Virus record (IMG/VR): IMGVR_UViG_3300033485_000026
Coordinates: 1 to 47,740 of that record
Reading direction: 5' to 3' (one strand)
Source of the DNA: a virus
Lineage: Duplodnaviria > Caudoviricetes
DNA length: 47,740 nt
This document shows positions 16,345 through 25,087 of this stretch, piece by piece. Both the position numbers and the translations under genes were made by a program. Each line of letters starts with the position of its first letter. The first letter of the stretch is position 1. The notes beneath the pieces were generated by a model. The model saw only the letters and a program-made list of their open reading frames with translations, did not search any database and was not told where the DNA came from.

Positions 16345-16682
16345 TCCTCCGTGGGTTCAGGTGCCGGCGGTTGCGCGTCCGCTTCCGCCGGCGGTTCGTC
16401 AGCCGACTCTGCGATGGGGGGCGGCTCGCGGTCAGGCTGGACGACGGGTTTGATGCGCGTCGTCAGATACGACGCGACCGTGCGGGGCGGGAGCAGGAGC
16501 CCTCCGTAGAAGACCTCGCCTCCGCGATGCTGGTTGAGGAGTACGACGAGTGCGCGATTGGGGTCTGTCGAGTAGGCCGCACGGCTGCCGATCTTCGCGT
16601 ACCAGTTGCCGTTGCCGTCCTGTCGGAGCAGCCAGCCGTTCTCTTTGGCGATCTCCTGCGCTGTCGGGGCATGTTTGCCCAT
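16341..16682 (-). CDS. Hypothetical protein with Pro/Glu-rich tail
   Basis: SD GGAGGTG before the ATG at 16682. Confidence 0.65.
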   Translation of the reverse strand: MGKHAPTAQEIAKENGWLLRQDGNGNWYAKIGSRAAYSTDPNRALVVLLNQHRGGEVFYGGLLLPPRTVASYLTTRIKPVVQPDREPPPIAESADEPPAEADAQPPAPEPTEE

Positions 16683-16739
16683 GAGACACCTCCCGGGGTA
16701 TCCGTCGGCCATAGTATGCCCCCGGGGTGAAGCGCCCCG

Positions 16740-17105
16740 CTAGTCCCACCGGAGCGTTACGACCGTCTCGGCCTTCTCGCCGCGCATGAGGGTCAAGGAG
16801 CCTCTGACGAACTGGTCGCCGCTGTCGTCACGGATGATGCCGGCATAGACGAGCCCGTCGGCGATGACCTCGAACGCCATCTCGAGGTTGTGGCGGTCTG
16901 GCAGCGGCCCCGGCTTGTCCCACAACACGACCACATGGCAGGTGACTGACTCCAGGGGCCTCGGCATCCGCTTCGGAGCCGCATTGACCCCCGCCCAGAC
17001 GTATTCGTGCCATTCCTGCTTGATGCGGTTGCGCTTCGCCCAATGGAGCCGCTGCCAGACGTTCTTACTCTCAGGGAGTGCCGGTATCGAGAAGGAGCGC
17101 CTCAC
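16740..17105 (-). CDS. RusA-like Holliday junction resolvase
   Basis: PESKN...HWAKRN, PDRHNL, IADGLVYAGIIRDDS. GTG start at 17105. Confidence 0.7.
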   Translation of the reverse strand: MRRSFSIPALPESKNVWQRLHWAKRNRIKQEWHEYVWAGVNAAPKRMPRPLESVTCHVVVLWDKPGPLPDRHNLEMAFEVIADGLVYAGIIRDDSGDQFVRGSLTLMRGEKAETVVTLRWD

Positions 17106-17986
17106 CTGTCGTACTCCTCCCACGCCACGGTCTTGAAGATCGCTTTGTGGTTGACGTATCGGGCAAACCGGCGCTGGTAGGGATCGGTCTTGTCGAACGG
17201 CATGACGAATGGGTCCGCCCCGAGGCTCTTGAGGACCATCGCCCGGTGAAGGTCCTCCTCCGGTGTCGTGTTGAAGCCGATGAGGACGTAGAAGGTCGCC
17301 GCCCAGATCGGGAAGCCGCCCGCCTTGAGCGCCTCGATGCCGCGTCTGACGGCCGGCTCGTCTGCGGGGGTGTCCCAGGCGAAGTGAACGGCCCCGCGGG
17401 TGCATCCGCTCTCCTGCATCCATCGCCTGACCCCCGCGAGGGCCCGGGCCATGTCCTCGTCCATCAGGCGTATGTCGAGCGACTCGAACTTGACCTGGGC
17501 TTTACGAGCGGAGATCTCCGCGCATGTCTTGATGAACAAGTCGGGAAGCGCCGTGAGATTGTCGTCCAGCAGCCGTATGCGGTCCTGGCCTCGCCAGAAG
17601 TCCTCGAGTTCCGCGACCTGGCGCACCTTCCCGTCCTGACGCCATACGACGCACCACGGGCATCGCCGAATGCATCCTCTCGTCAGCCTCCCGAGAGCAT
17701 GGTCGCAGGAGAGGATCGGGTAGTCGGGGTAGATCGTGTCTTGCTCGGGCGTGAGAAGCGTCGTGAGGTCATACCCCGTCCCACCGCTCACGACCTCGCA
17801 GGGCCAGGGCACCATGTCGTCCACGGTGTAGTCGAACTGCTTGGAGCGGTACACGCGCCCGTAGGTATCGGCTGCGAGCGGGAACGCGATCTCGACCTCG
17901 TCTCCTTGCGCCTTGTGCCAGGCCGACAGGCGCATGAGAGCCAGATTCGGGATCAGGCTATCGACCGGGAGGAGCCCTACTCGCAT
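17102..17986 (-). CDS. Radical SAM superfamily protein
   Basis: TRGCIRRCPWC (CxxxCxxC), PNLALMRLSAWHK N-terminus, LLDDNL, FYVLIGF. Confidence 0.85.
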   Translation of the reverse strand: MRVGLLPVDSLIPNLALMRLSAWHKAQGDEVEIAFPLAADTYGRVYRSKQFDYTVDDMVPWPCEVVSGGTGYDLTTLLTPEQDTIYPDYPILSCDHALGRLTRGCIRRCPWCVVWRQDGKVRQVAELEDFWRGQDRIRLLDDNLTALPDLFIKTCAEISARKAQVKFESLDIRLMDEDMARALAGVRRWMQESGCTRGAVHFAWDTPADEPAVRRGIEALKAGGFPIWAATFYVLIGFNTTPEEDLHRAMVLKSLGADPFVMPFDKTDPYQRRFARYVNHKAIFKTVAWEEYDR

Positions 17987-18258
17987 CGGCGCTTCACGAA
18001 GATGGGGGTCTGTTCTCCCACCCATCCTCCGACGACGTTGTACTCCATGTGCTCGATCGCATCTTCCTCGGAGGAACCCTCATCCATGAGAATCTCGACG
18101 GCCTTCTCGTAGTCGTAGATGAGAAGCCCTGTCCTCACGCCTGTCGAGCATCCGATGATCGCTTCATCGAACCCATCAGCGAACAAGAGTTCCTCCTCGA
18201 TGGCGTACTCACAAGTGCGACATTTCACCGAGTTATCCACAGGTTCAGAGTTATCCAC
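17977..18258 (-). CDS. Conserved phage hypothetical protein
   Basis: FADGFDEAIIG...YDYEKAVEIL...EYNVVGGWVGEQTPIF. Start uncertain because the 5' end overlaps the DnaA boxes. Confidence 0.75.
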   Translation of the reverse strand: MDNSEPVDNSVKCRTCEYAIEEELLFADGFDEAIIGCSTGVRTGLLIYDYEKAVEILMDEGSSEEDAIEHMEYNVVGGWVGEQTPIFVKRRCE

Positions 18259-18350
18259 AGGTTATCCACAGCCCTTCGGCTATAAGACCTTTATTCTCTT
18301 ATCTACTCTCTTCTTATCTATGCGTTACGCCGCGTTACACATCGTTACAG
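18233..18350. promoter_or_regulatory. Putative replication origin: three perfect DnaA boxes, AT-rich tract and short iteron-like repeats
   Basis: TTATCCACA at 18233, 18251 and 18262. AT-rich 18281-18321. CGTTAC three times within 18323-18348. Confidence 0.75.
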
Positions 18351-18356
18351 AGCCCT

Positions 18357-18764
18357 TTATGGAGAAGCGGGGCGCGAAACGGATGAGCCTTTCCCAGACG
18401 AAGGGGGGGTCTTCTGCTCACGGTGTTTCCGCACCCGTTCCTTGACCGCTTCGGGCCGGCTCGAGGGGTTGTCGTACTGGCGCTCGGCGAACTTCACGAA
18501 GTAGATGAACGGGTCCTCCTGGGCGACGATCTTGAGCCTCGTGAGTTTCGCGACCGTCCGATCGAGAAGTTCCATGTCGTCTTTCGCGCACTCGAGGGCG
18601 ACGAGTTCACGGTCGGTCATGTCTATCATGCCCCGCACCTCGTTCTCCGCGGCATAGCACAACAGATGGAACCACACGCGATGCTCGTCGTCCTCGAGTT
18701 TCCCGAGTTTCTTGTCTGTCCTGGCCTCACAGTACGCCCGGAACCAGGGGAGCCGCGCCGCCAC
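18357..18764 (-). CDS. Phage replication initiator / replisome-organiser N-terminal domain protein (135 aa)
   Basis: WFRAYCEARTDKKL...WFHLLCYA...FAERQ...ERVRKHRE. Lies between recT and the DnaA boxes. Confidence 0.75.
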   Translation of the reverse strand: MAARLPWFRAYCEARTDKKLGKLEDDEHRVWFHLLCYAAENEVRGMIDMTDRELVALECAKDDMELLDRTVAKLTRLKIVAQEDPFIYFVKFAERQYDNPSSRPEAVKERVRKHREQKTPPSSGKGSSVSRPASP

Positions 18765-19682
18765 CTACTCCTGGGAGTCGATCAGGGACCCCTGCACCCC
18801 CTCGTCCCCCTCCACGACCTCACCCTCGAGTGCAACCTCAGTTTCGTCTACGTCGTCAGGGGAACCCTCGAGTACGGCTCCAAGCGCCTCCGGCTCGACC
18901 TTCTCGTCCTCGTGGTCGGGGAGCAGCACCATGTCAGGCACCAGTTCCCGGCGCACCGTCCCATCACTGGCGATCGCCCGCTGGACCTCTGCCGAGAGCG
19001 GCAGCATCTTACACAGGCGGATCACGACCGTCTTCTTCGCCATCTCGACCGCCCCGAGGTCGTCGCTCCACGGTGATACCTTCCAGCCGCGGGAGTAGCG
19101 GTTGCGGTGCTTCACGATCTCATCCTTCGTCATGACCGCGAACTGCGTCTCACCCGTCGCCAGCCGTGCCACCGCATAGACCGCCCCGAGGTTCTCGAAC
19201 GAGCCGCGGTCAACCGACCACTCGGGTTCGTGGACGATCTGCGGGTTCGTCCCCATGACCACCTTGAAGATGTCGCCCTCGTAGACCGCCTCGGCCCAGA
19301 GCGCCGTCACGTCACCCGAGTTCCGGGCCAACTTCACGACGCCCTTGTAGCCCATCTGGAACGTCGCCTCGTGCTTGTACGGGATGATGTACGCCTCGCC
19401 CAGACCGCTCCCAGGCTCGAGGCCGAGTTGTGCCGACTGCATCGTCGCCGCGAGGATGCTCATAGGGTCGCACGACAGCAGGTCGGGGTTCGTCCGCACC
19501 GTGGTCAGCACGATGCGCGTGAACCGATCCACGTCGATGTTGCGCGGTAGCGCCGACATGATGGCCGGCTTCTGGCGCTCCAGATACGTCGCGATCGTCA
19601 TGCTCTTTGGGCTGCCGGCGGCCTGTTCCTGTGTCGCGAGCGCCGCCTTCGTCCCCTCGTTCGATGCTGTTCTCGGATTCAT
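18765..19682 (-). CDS. recT: RecT-family single-strand annealing recombinase
   Basis: SAQLGLEPG.GLGEAYIIPY, FQMGYKG, VYEGD, PW...EMAKKTV. Confidence 0.95.
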   Translation of the reverse strand: MNPRTASNEGTKAALATQEQAAGSPKSMTIATYLERQKPAIMSALPRNIDVDRFTRIVLTTVRTNPDLLSCDPMSILAATMQSAQLGLEPGSGLGEAYIIPYKHEATFQMGYKGVVKLARNSGDVTALWAEAVYEGDIFKVVMGTNPQIVHEPEWSVDRGSFENLGAVYAVARLATGETQFAVMTKDEIVKHRNRYSRGWKVSPWSDDLGAVEMAKKTVVIRLCKMLPLSAEVQRAIASDGTVRRELVPDMVLLPDHEDEKVEPEALGAVLEGSPDDVDETEVALEGEVVEGDEGVQGSLIDSQE

Positions 19683-19690
19683 GTCGCTCC

Positions 19691-19948
19691 TCACCTCCTG
19701 ATGATGAACAGTCTGCTGTCAATCACGTCCAACTTGAACTTCGTCAGATAGCCGCTGATGACCTCGCGCTCCGCCAGGTGCATCTTGCCCATCTGCTGTG
19801 CCGTCCACGGATCGTTGTACTCATGTCCGACGATCTCGGCATACGGCTCGAGGCTGATGTCGAACTCGTCGAAGATGTCGAACCACTCCTGGGAACTGTT
19901 CTGCCCGATCTTGCGCCGAGGCAGGTTCGGCAACGCCTCCATCCTCAC
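19691..19948 (-). CDS. Hypothetical protein (85 aa)
   Basis: Coupled between yqaJ and recT. Confidence 0.65.
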   Translation of the reverse strand: MRMEALPNLPRRKIGQNSSQEWFDIFDEFDISLEPYAEIVGHEYNDPWTAQQMGKMHLAEREVISGYLTKFKLDVIDSRLFIIRR

Positions 19949-20925
19949 TCCTCATCCGCTCCCTTCGGTTCCCTGACCGAGAACACGCGGTAGTCGGTCG
20001 TCTTGCGATACTGCTCGGCGATCGCGGGCTGCTCCTCGGCGAGGCGTTTCGTGTCGTAGGACACCCGTGTCCGCGGCTTCCAGTCGATCTCGTAGCCCGA
20101 TGGGGTCGCTACGACCGCGTGAGAGCCCGCCAGAGCCTTGAGTTCGTTTGCGATGGTATCCACTATCGTCTGGGCACCCGCAAGCGCCTGACGCGCCTCC
20201 AGGTACGCTCTAGCGAGGGATTCTGCTTCTGGCATCACCGGCACAGGCTCGAGAACGGCGTCCTCGGCGGGATAGAGGCGGTCGAGCAGCCTCCCCGACG
20301 CCTCGGAGCCGTCTATCGCCGGCGGGGTGCGGTCCTCGACGAGTCTCCAGAACTCTTGCGCCTTGTTCTGGAGCATGGTGATGACCTCGTCGTCGCGCTC
20401 GATCACGAACTCGCGGTAGGCGTTCCCGCCGATGAGGACCGACAAGTACCACCGCGGCCACCCGCTGACGCCCATGTACCACTGGCATTGAAGGTAGTAT
20501 TCGTCGGGCACGTCCGCCCCGTCCCACTCCTTGCGCTTGAACGAGGACGCGGTCTTGCCCTCCCACCCGGCGACCGGCTCCGTATCGGGGTCTTTGAGTT
20601 CGCCGCGCTCATCGAAGGCGTCCGGCTCCCAACAGATGCCGTCATAGGTGGCGACCATCCAACTGTACTCCGGGTTGGCAGCAACGCCGCCGTAGAACTC
20701 AGCAACTTCTAGTTCGGGATGCTCGGCAGCGAACCGCTCCCGCAGCAGGCCCTCGATCGCGCTGCCCCAGTACATCGCCTCGTTCTGCTCGACCTCGGAT
20801 GCCGCCCCGATCTTGTCGAGGTAGACATCCATCGGCGACTTCCACCTCGAGAGCCCGCAGATCGCGGCCACGTCGCTCCCGCCGATGCCCTTACGCCTAG
20901 CCTCTAGCCATTCGTTCCGCTCCAT
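19945..20925 (-). CDS. YqaJ-like viral recombinase exonuclease (lambda-Exo family)
   Basis: WLEARRKGIGGSD, ATYDG, WEGKT, YYLQCQWYM. Confidence 0.95.
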   Translation of the reverse strand: MERNEWLEARRKGIGGSDVAAICGLSRWKSPMDVYLDKIGAASEVEQNEAMYWGSAIEGLLRERFAAEHPELEVAEFYGGVAANPEYSWMVATYDGICWEPDAFDERGELKDPDTEPVAGWEGKTASSFKRKEWDGADVPDEYYLQCQWYMGVSGWPRWYLSVLIGGNAYREFVIERDDEVITMLQNKAQEFWRLVEDRTPPAIDGSEASGRLLDRLYPAEDAVLEPVPVMPEAESLARAYLEARQALAGAQTIVDTIANELKALAGSHAVVATPSGYEIDWKPRTRVSYDTKRLAEEQPAIAEQYRKTTDYRVFSVREPKGADEE

Positions 20926-21469
20926 CCCTCTCCTTCCTTAGTGCCTCGATGAGATTGTCGAACGTGGTAGTGAGGTCTATGGGGCAGCAGTACCACGTTG
21001 ACTTGTACCCTCGGTTCTCACGACTATCCCTCGCAGTCCTGGTCGTCCAGAACTCTTGAGTCCTCGGACTGATGACCAGCCGTGCGCCGGTGATCTGCGA
21101 GGTGTTCACCACGGCGAATGGAATCTGATCCTTCGCGTTCCAACTCTTGATCGTGTTGACGTAGATACCCCACGGGTACGGCCAATCGTCCTTGCTGGTG
21201 AACGGGACCCGTATCGCCTTCGACTCGATGTAGAGCGTCCTGTCGGGGAAGTAGACATGGACATCCTGTTCACCCGTGTACTGACTCGGACCGTCGATCT
21301 TCTCCCTGACCGGCCTGTGGTAGCAGTAGGCATCGAAGCCGGCATCACGCAGGTCCTTCGCCAGCCTCTCCTCATACTCGCCCCCGATCGCCAGTTCGCG
21401 CTTGAACCCTTCGTGCATGGCATCCCAGTCGGGTTCGTCGTTGAGCATACTCAACTGCTCTGACATCAC
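20897..21469 (-). CDS. Putative PD-(D/E)xK nuclease-fold protein
   Basis: GGEYE...QDVHV...IESK pattern. Confidence 0.5.
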   Translation of the reverse strand: MMSEQLSMLNDEPDWDAMHEGFKRELAIGGEYEERLAKDLRDAGFDAYCYHRPVREKIDGPSQYTGEQDVHVYFPDRTLYIESKAIRVPFTSKDDWPYPWGIYVNTIKSWNAKDQIPFAVVNTSQITGARLVISPRTQEFWTTRTARDSRENRGYKSTWYCCPIDLTTTFDNLIEALRKERDGAERMARG

Positions 21470-21624
21470 TCGGTCACATCCTTGCCCGTCTCCTGCTGCT
21501 CGATCTCGTCGAGGACGGCGTAGAGAGTCTCGAGAGCCTCCCAGAAGGAAGCCCCCTCACCCTCGGCATCTCGGTCCCTGACTGCCCGCGCCGCCTCGAG
21601 GAGCCTAGTCGCAAGTGTCTTCAT
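21466..21624 (-). CDS. Hypothetical protein (52 aa)
   Basis: TGATG coupling at 21624. Confidence 0.55.
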   Translation of the reverse strand: MKTLATRLLEAARAVRDRDAEGEGASFWEALETLYAVLDEIEQQETGKDVTE

Positions 21625-21869
21625 CAGAACTCTTGCCCCGTGTAGATGAACGCCCCGTCGCGGGTCTTCGAGGTGACGACCCTGTTGAGCACGATGTCGC
21701 GGACCGCGTCGAAGCACTTGGGACACAGGTCGGCGAGGCCGTATTGACCCTCATCAGCCGCCGGCATCACGCCGACCTCCTCGTTCGCGTTCTGCAAGTA
21801 GAGGCGCAGGGTCCCTCGCTCTCCCGGGAAGATAGCCGCCCCGCACCTATCGCACACGAATCCCTCCAT
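21624..21869 (-). CDS. Small zinc-ribbon protein (81 aa)
   Basis: VCDRCG...DLCPKC. SD GAGGAG. Confidence 0.75.
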   Translation of the reverse strand: MEGFVCDRCGAAIFPGERGTLRLYLQNANEEVGVMPAADEGQYGLADLCPKCFDAVRDIVLNRVVTSKTRDGAFIYTGQEF

Positions 21870-21881
21870 GCCGTACTCCTC

Positions 21882-21977
21882 TCACTGAGACTTCTGGATT
21901 TCGTTCATCGCGATCAGGAACACGACAAGGACGACTATCGCCACGCTGCCGCAGCAAGCCGTCGCCAACTCAGCCAT
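21882..21977 (-). CDS. Small membrane peptide (31 aa)
   Basis: MAELATACCGSVAIVVLVVFLIAMNEIQKSQ*. SD GGAGGT. Confidence 0.5.
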   Translation of the reverse strand: MAELATACCGSVAIVVLVVFLIAMNEIQKSQ

Positions 21978-22158
21978 TCCTGACCTCCTTCTTGGTACGG
22001 ATGAACCAGCGGACGGCGTCCATGACGAACTCCGTCCGGGTCTGCTTCCGTTCCTTGATGATGGGCTCGACCACTTCCTCCCACCAGGGGACCAACTCCG
22101 CCTTCACGCTCACGTTGAACACCCGCTGGCGTGAGGTCGGAAGACGTTTCCTGCTCAC
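21970..22158 (-). CDS. Ribbon-helix-helix-like DNA-binding protein (62 aa)
   Basis: VFNVSV strand followed by helices, TRTEFVMDAVRWFI. Confidence 0.55.
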   Translation of the reverse strand: MSRKRLPTSRQRVFNVSVKAELVPWWEEVVEPIIKERKQTRTEFVMDAVRWFIRTKKEVRNG

Positions 22159-22162
22159 TCAC

Positions 22163-22402
22163 TCACCTCCCCTGCTCACCGAGGAGCCTGGCGACGTGCG
22201 TCGTGAGCGCGTCGTCGTACTCGCCGATCGCCTGACGCAGCCGGGCGGAGATCGCCGCGGCCTTGCTCGGGTCGGTATCGGTATCGACCGTGAGCCTGGC
22301 GCGATCCCCGAGGATGAGGATGGGCTGCGCGTCGTCGTAGGTGAACACCTGGATGGTGTCCTCCTCGCCCAGTCGGATGCCGATGGATGTGTACCCCGCC
22401 AT
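22163..22402 (-). CDS. Hypothetical protein (79 aa)
   Basis: SD AAAGGAGCGG. First gene after the 22487 promoter. Confidence 0.7.
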   Translation of the reverse strand: MAGYTSIGIRLGEEDTIQVFTYDDAQPILILGDRARLTVDTDTDPSKAAAISARLRQAIGEYDDALTTHVARLLGEQGR

Positions 22403-22486
22403 GTCCGCTCCTTTCCTGCCCCCGCCCCCGCGCCTTCAACGAAGGCGGGGGCAATCCCTCATGCTCCAATACGTCCTGCATCCATG

Positions 22487-22514
22487 ACTATACACATAGA
22501 TACGACAAAGGCAA
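22487..22514 (-). promoter_or_regulatory. Promoter for the recombination/replication operon
   Basis: Minus strand TTGCCT-16 nt-TATAGT, with TG dinucleotides just upstream of the -10. Confidence 0.65.
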
Positions 22515-22545
22515 GAGCCGCACCCGGAGCGGTGGGTGCGGCTCT
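22514..22545 (-). terminator. Late-operon terminator hairpin
   Basis: 12-bp perfect stem AGAGCCGCACCC/GGGTGCGGCTCT downstream of the holin, followed by a T-rich tract on the minus strand. Confidence 0.7.
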
Positions 22546-22606
22546 AGTCCTGGCTGGCCCCTCTCACTAACGCCAGGACGCGACGAGGGGGGTCGCGTCA
22601 GATATT

Positions 22607-22831
22607 CTACCCCGTGCTGCCCAGATTCATCAAGGCAGCGATGCCCGCAGCGATCCCGGAGATGATGCCGCCGTAGAGCAGCGTATCCCAATCGAACGCA
22701 TGAGTCTCGCTCATGTTCGTCAGAACGGCGATGAGTGTGGCACCGAACACGCCCGCGAACGACTGCGCGAAAGTACGCAGGGCGCGGAACGCCCACTCGG
22801 GCATCCAGTCTGCTTTCACGAAGAACATCAC
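22607..22831 (-). CDS. Holin (r1t-like)
   Basis: RALRTFAQSF motif and two hydrophobic segments. Follows the endolysin. Confidence 0.8.
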   Translation of the reverse strand: MMFFVKADWMPEWAFRALRTFAQSFAGVFGATLIAVLTNMSETHAFDWDTLLYGGIISGIAAGIAALMNLGSTG

Positions 22832-22836
22832 GCCTC

Positions 22837-23553
22837 CTATGCCTGGGTCGGCGGCCACGACTGCCAGGAGCCGGGTGCGGCTGCCGGGAGTGACACCGCC
22901 GTCTTGTAGAACCGGATCGCGTTGCCCCGCGATGCCGCTGATGCCTTCGCGGATGCGATCTCGCTCTCGCGCATGTGCTCACACGCCTGCCAGACGGGAT
23001 CAGCGACGACGGGCGGGCGATATGCCTTGCCGTAGAACTTACACATCCCCTTGACGGTGGCCTCGGCGTACTCATCCAGCGATCGGCGAATCTCCTCGGC
23101 GGTCGCTGGACCATCGTGGAACTGATATTCGATGATGACCGCGATCGCCTCTGTGTATTTCAACTCGCCATAATACTGAGATGCCTTCACGCCGCGGTCA
23201 GGTGTGTCGGAGGCCGGGGCGATGAACTCGTACAGGCAGGTCGCCAGCCGCTTGCCCTCGGCGCTCCCCGTCCAGTAGTAGATTTCGGTGCCCGTGCCGC
23301 CGCCGGCGTTCGTATGCTGCGCGATGTGATGGGTCACATTGAGGGCGTTGGAGCGGTAACACTGACCCATGATCGACCCCGTGTTGAGGATCGTGTCAGG
23401 GATGCCCGTGCCCTGCCGCAGCCATGCGGCGTGAGTCTTGGCCGCCAACTGCTCCATCCAGTAGTGCTCGGAGTCCTCGAACACCCCCGGCGGCAGCCCT
23501 CCCGCATAACTGTTCCCCGATTGCTGGCTCGGGCTCCATCCTGCTAGTGCCAT
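22837..23553 (-). CDS. Endolysin, N-acetylmuramoyl-L-alanine amidase (Amidase_3-like)
   Basis: SPSQQ...SE, HIAQHTNAGGGTGTE, ELKYT.AIAVIIEYQFHD. ATG at 23553 with SD GGAGG. Confidence 0.85.
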   Translation of the reverse strand: MALAGWSPSQQSGNSYAGGLPPGVFEDSEHYWMEQLAAKTHAAWLRQGTGIPDTILNTGSIMGQCYRSNALNVTHHIAQHTNAGGGTGTEIYYWTGSAEGKRLATCLYEFIAPASDTPDRGVKASQYYGELKYTEAIAVIIEYQFHDGPATAEEIRRSLDEYAEATVKGMCKFYGKAYRPPVVADPVWQACEHMRESEIASAKASAASRGNAIRFYKTAVSLPAAAPGSWQSWPPTQA

Positions 23554-23567
23554 GTCCTCCCCCTTCT

Positions 23568-23867
23568 CTACGGTGCCGTGTGTCCCTGCAAGAACCAGAA
23601 CAGGAAACCCAGGATCGCCACGCCTACCGTGCCGCCGAAAGCCCATAGGAGTTTGACGAAGTTCTGCTCGCACTCCTTGATCCGGTCGGTAATGCCGCGC
23701 ATGTCGTTCTCCCACTCGGCATCTTGTCGGCGCACGACGGCGAGGAGTTCCTCGTGTCGGCGCTCGTATTCGTCCCGGCGCAGGAACGTCTCGGGCAACC
23801 TGTCGAGTTTCGTCTCGATCCGAGCCAGTTGTGTGAGTATCAGGTCGTAGGCGCTCGGTTCTGGCAC
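23568..23867 (-). CDS. Coiled-coil protein with C-terminal transmembrane helix (lysis cassette)
   Basis: LARIETKLD coiled coil and LLWAFGGTVGVAILGFLFWFL. Confidence 0.75.
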   Translation of the reverse strand: MPEPSAYDLILTQLARIETKLDRLPETFLRRDEYERRHEELLAVVRRQDAEWENDMRGITDRIKECEQNFVKLLWAFGGTVGVAILGFLFWFLQGHTAP

Positions 23868-23875
23868 GGGACCTC

Positions 23876-25078
23876 CTATTGGTTGAGCGACCGCTTGATG
23901 ACCGTGATGTCGCGCATGAAGTCGGACAGCCGCTTCTTCGGCACCCCCAGTGTAAGGCTGTCGCGGCTCGGGTCGCTATACGAGCGCCGAATCTCCACGA
24001 CGCGGGCCTCCGCCTGGTAGGGCGGGTAGCATCTACTGTCGCGCACGACGACGGTGTCGCCCACGCCGATCGGCTGATGTGATGGCACCCCGTCGCCCTG
24101 CTTCTGCTCAGGGTAGAGTTCGAGCGCGATGAGTTCCACGTCGTAGGTGTACTGCGGTGTCGTCCGCTCTTGGAGCCAGTTCCAGGTCTTCGTGAGCAAG
24201 CGCCCGCCGACCGTCTCCTCGCTGTCGCGATAGACACCGTAGCGGTGGTAGAGTGTGCCGCCCGATCCCCGGATGCCGTAGGTCTGGACAGCCGTCGGGT
24301 CCTCGACCCATGTCTCGCCCACCGGCTTGTCGGCGGGGTCACCACCGGCGATCGTCCACTCCGTCGCGCTGAACGTCGTCAGGGCACCGCCGACTGTTGC
24401 TCCCAGGCCATAGGCCGCCGTGTAGACCTCGCCGCCCTGACCGCTACGCCTCATGCTTGCCGTGTCCCTCGCGTAGGAGAGCATCCTCCCGCTGTATGTC
24501 CCGCGCTGCTGGACGAGGTCGATGTATCTGGCGCTCACCTGGCCGCCGGCGACATCGGCACGGGTGCGTATCTCGAGATTGAACTCCTCCGCGATCCAGA
24601 TGACGCCTTCCCATACGCTCTCGTAATCCGTCCACTCCTTCGTGCGGTACTCAGTGGTCGGGGACTCCACTACTCCCGCTTGCCAGCGTGTGCCCGCCAG
24701 GATGCTCGTGAGAATCTCCGAAGCCGTGTCGTCCGTGTTGGTGACTGGCTCGATGATGCAGCATAGGAGTTCATCCTGCGCGGAGTCCTCGCACATGACC
24801 CGCTTCGTCGTTCCCTCGATGGCGGTGTCTATATCGACATCCTTGATGATGAACGCCCGCGTCACGCCGGACGCATCGCGGATGAACACCTCGGCCTTCT
24901 CGACGACGTACTGGGAGTCCTGGTGATCCGCAGGCATCGAGAACTCGTAAGTGTTGTAGAACTCCGCCCCGATCCCGGCGCGTTCCGCGTGGACATCGTC
25001 GAAGAACGGAGCCGAAAGGAGCGGGGTGACCCGAGGGGATTGCCAGTAGCCTGCCTGTACGAAGTCGGTCTGGTACAT
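23876..25078 (-). CDS. Minor tail / Tal-like baseplate hub protein
   Basis: LTSILAGTRWQAG, RYIDLV, VYTAAYGLG, IGVGDTVVV, EARVVEI. Position downstream of Dit. Confidence 0.8.
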   Translation of the reverse strand: MYQTDFVQAGYWQSPRVTPLLSAPFFDDVHAERAGIGAEFYNTYEFSMPADHQDSQYVVEKAEVFIRDASGVTRAFIIKDVDIDTAIEGTTKRVMCEDSAQDELLCCIIEPVTNTDDTASEILTSILAGTRWQAGVVESPTTEYRTKEWTDYESVWEGVIWIAEEFNLEIRTRADVAGGQVSARYIDLVQQRGTYSGRMLSYARDTASMRRSGQGGEVYTAAYGLGATVGGALTTFSATEWTIAGGDPADKPVGETWVEDPTAVQTYGIRGSGGTLYHRYGVYRDSEETVGGRLLTKTWNWLQERTTPQYTYDVELIALELYPEQKQGDGVPSHQPIGVGDTVVVRDSRCYPPYQAEARVVEIRRSYSDPSRDSLTLGVPKKRLSDFMRDITVIKRSLNQ

Positions 25079-25087
25079 GTACGTCCT

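Noticed and set aside
18260-18420. Frameshift at the C7 run or stop read-through extending the initiator
   Set aside because: All three minus-strand frames hit stops within about 100 nt, so no single shift restores a long protein.
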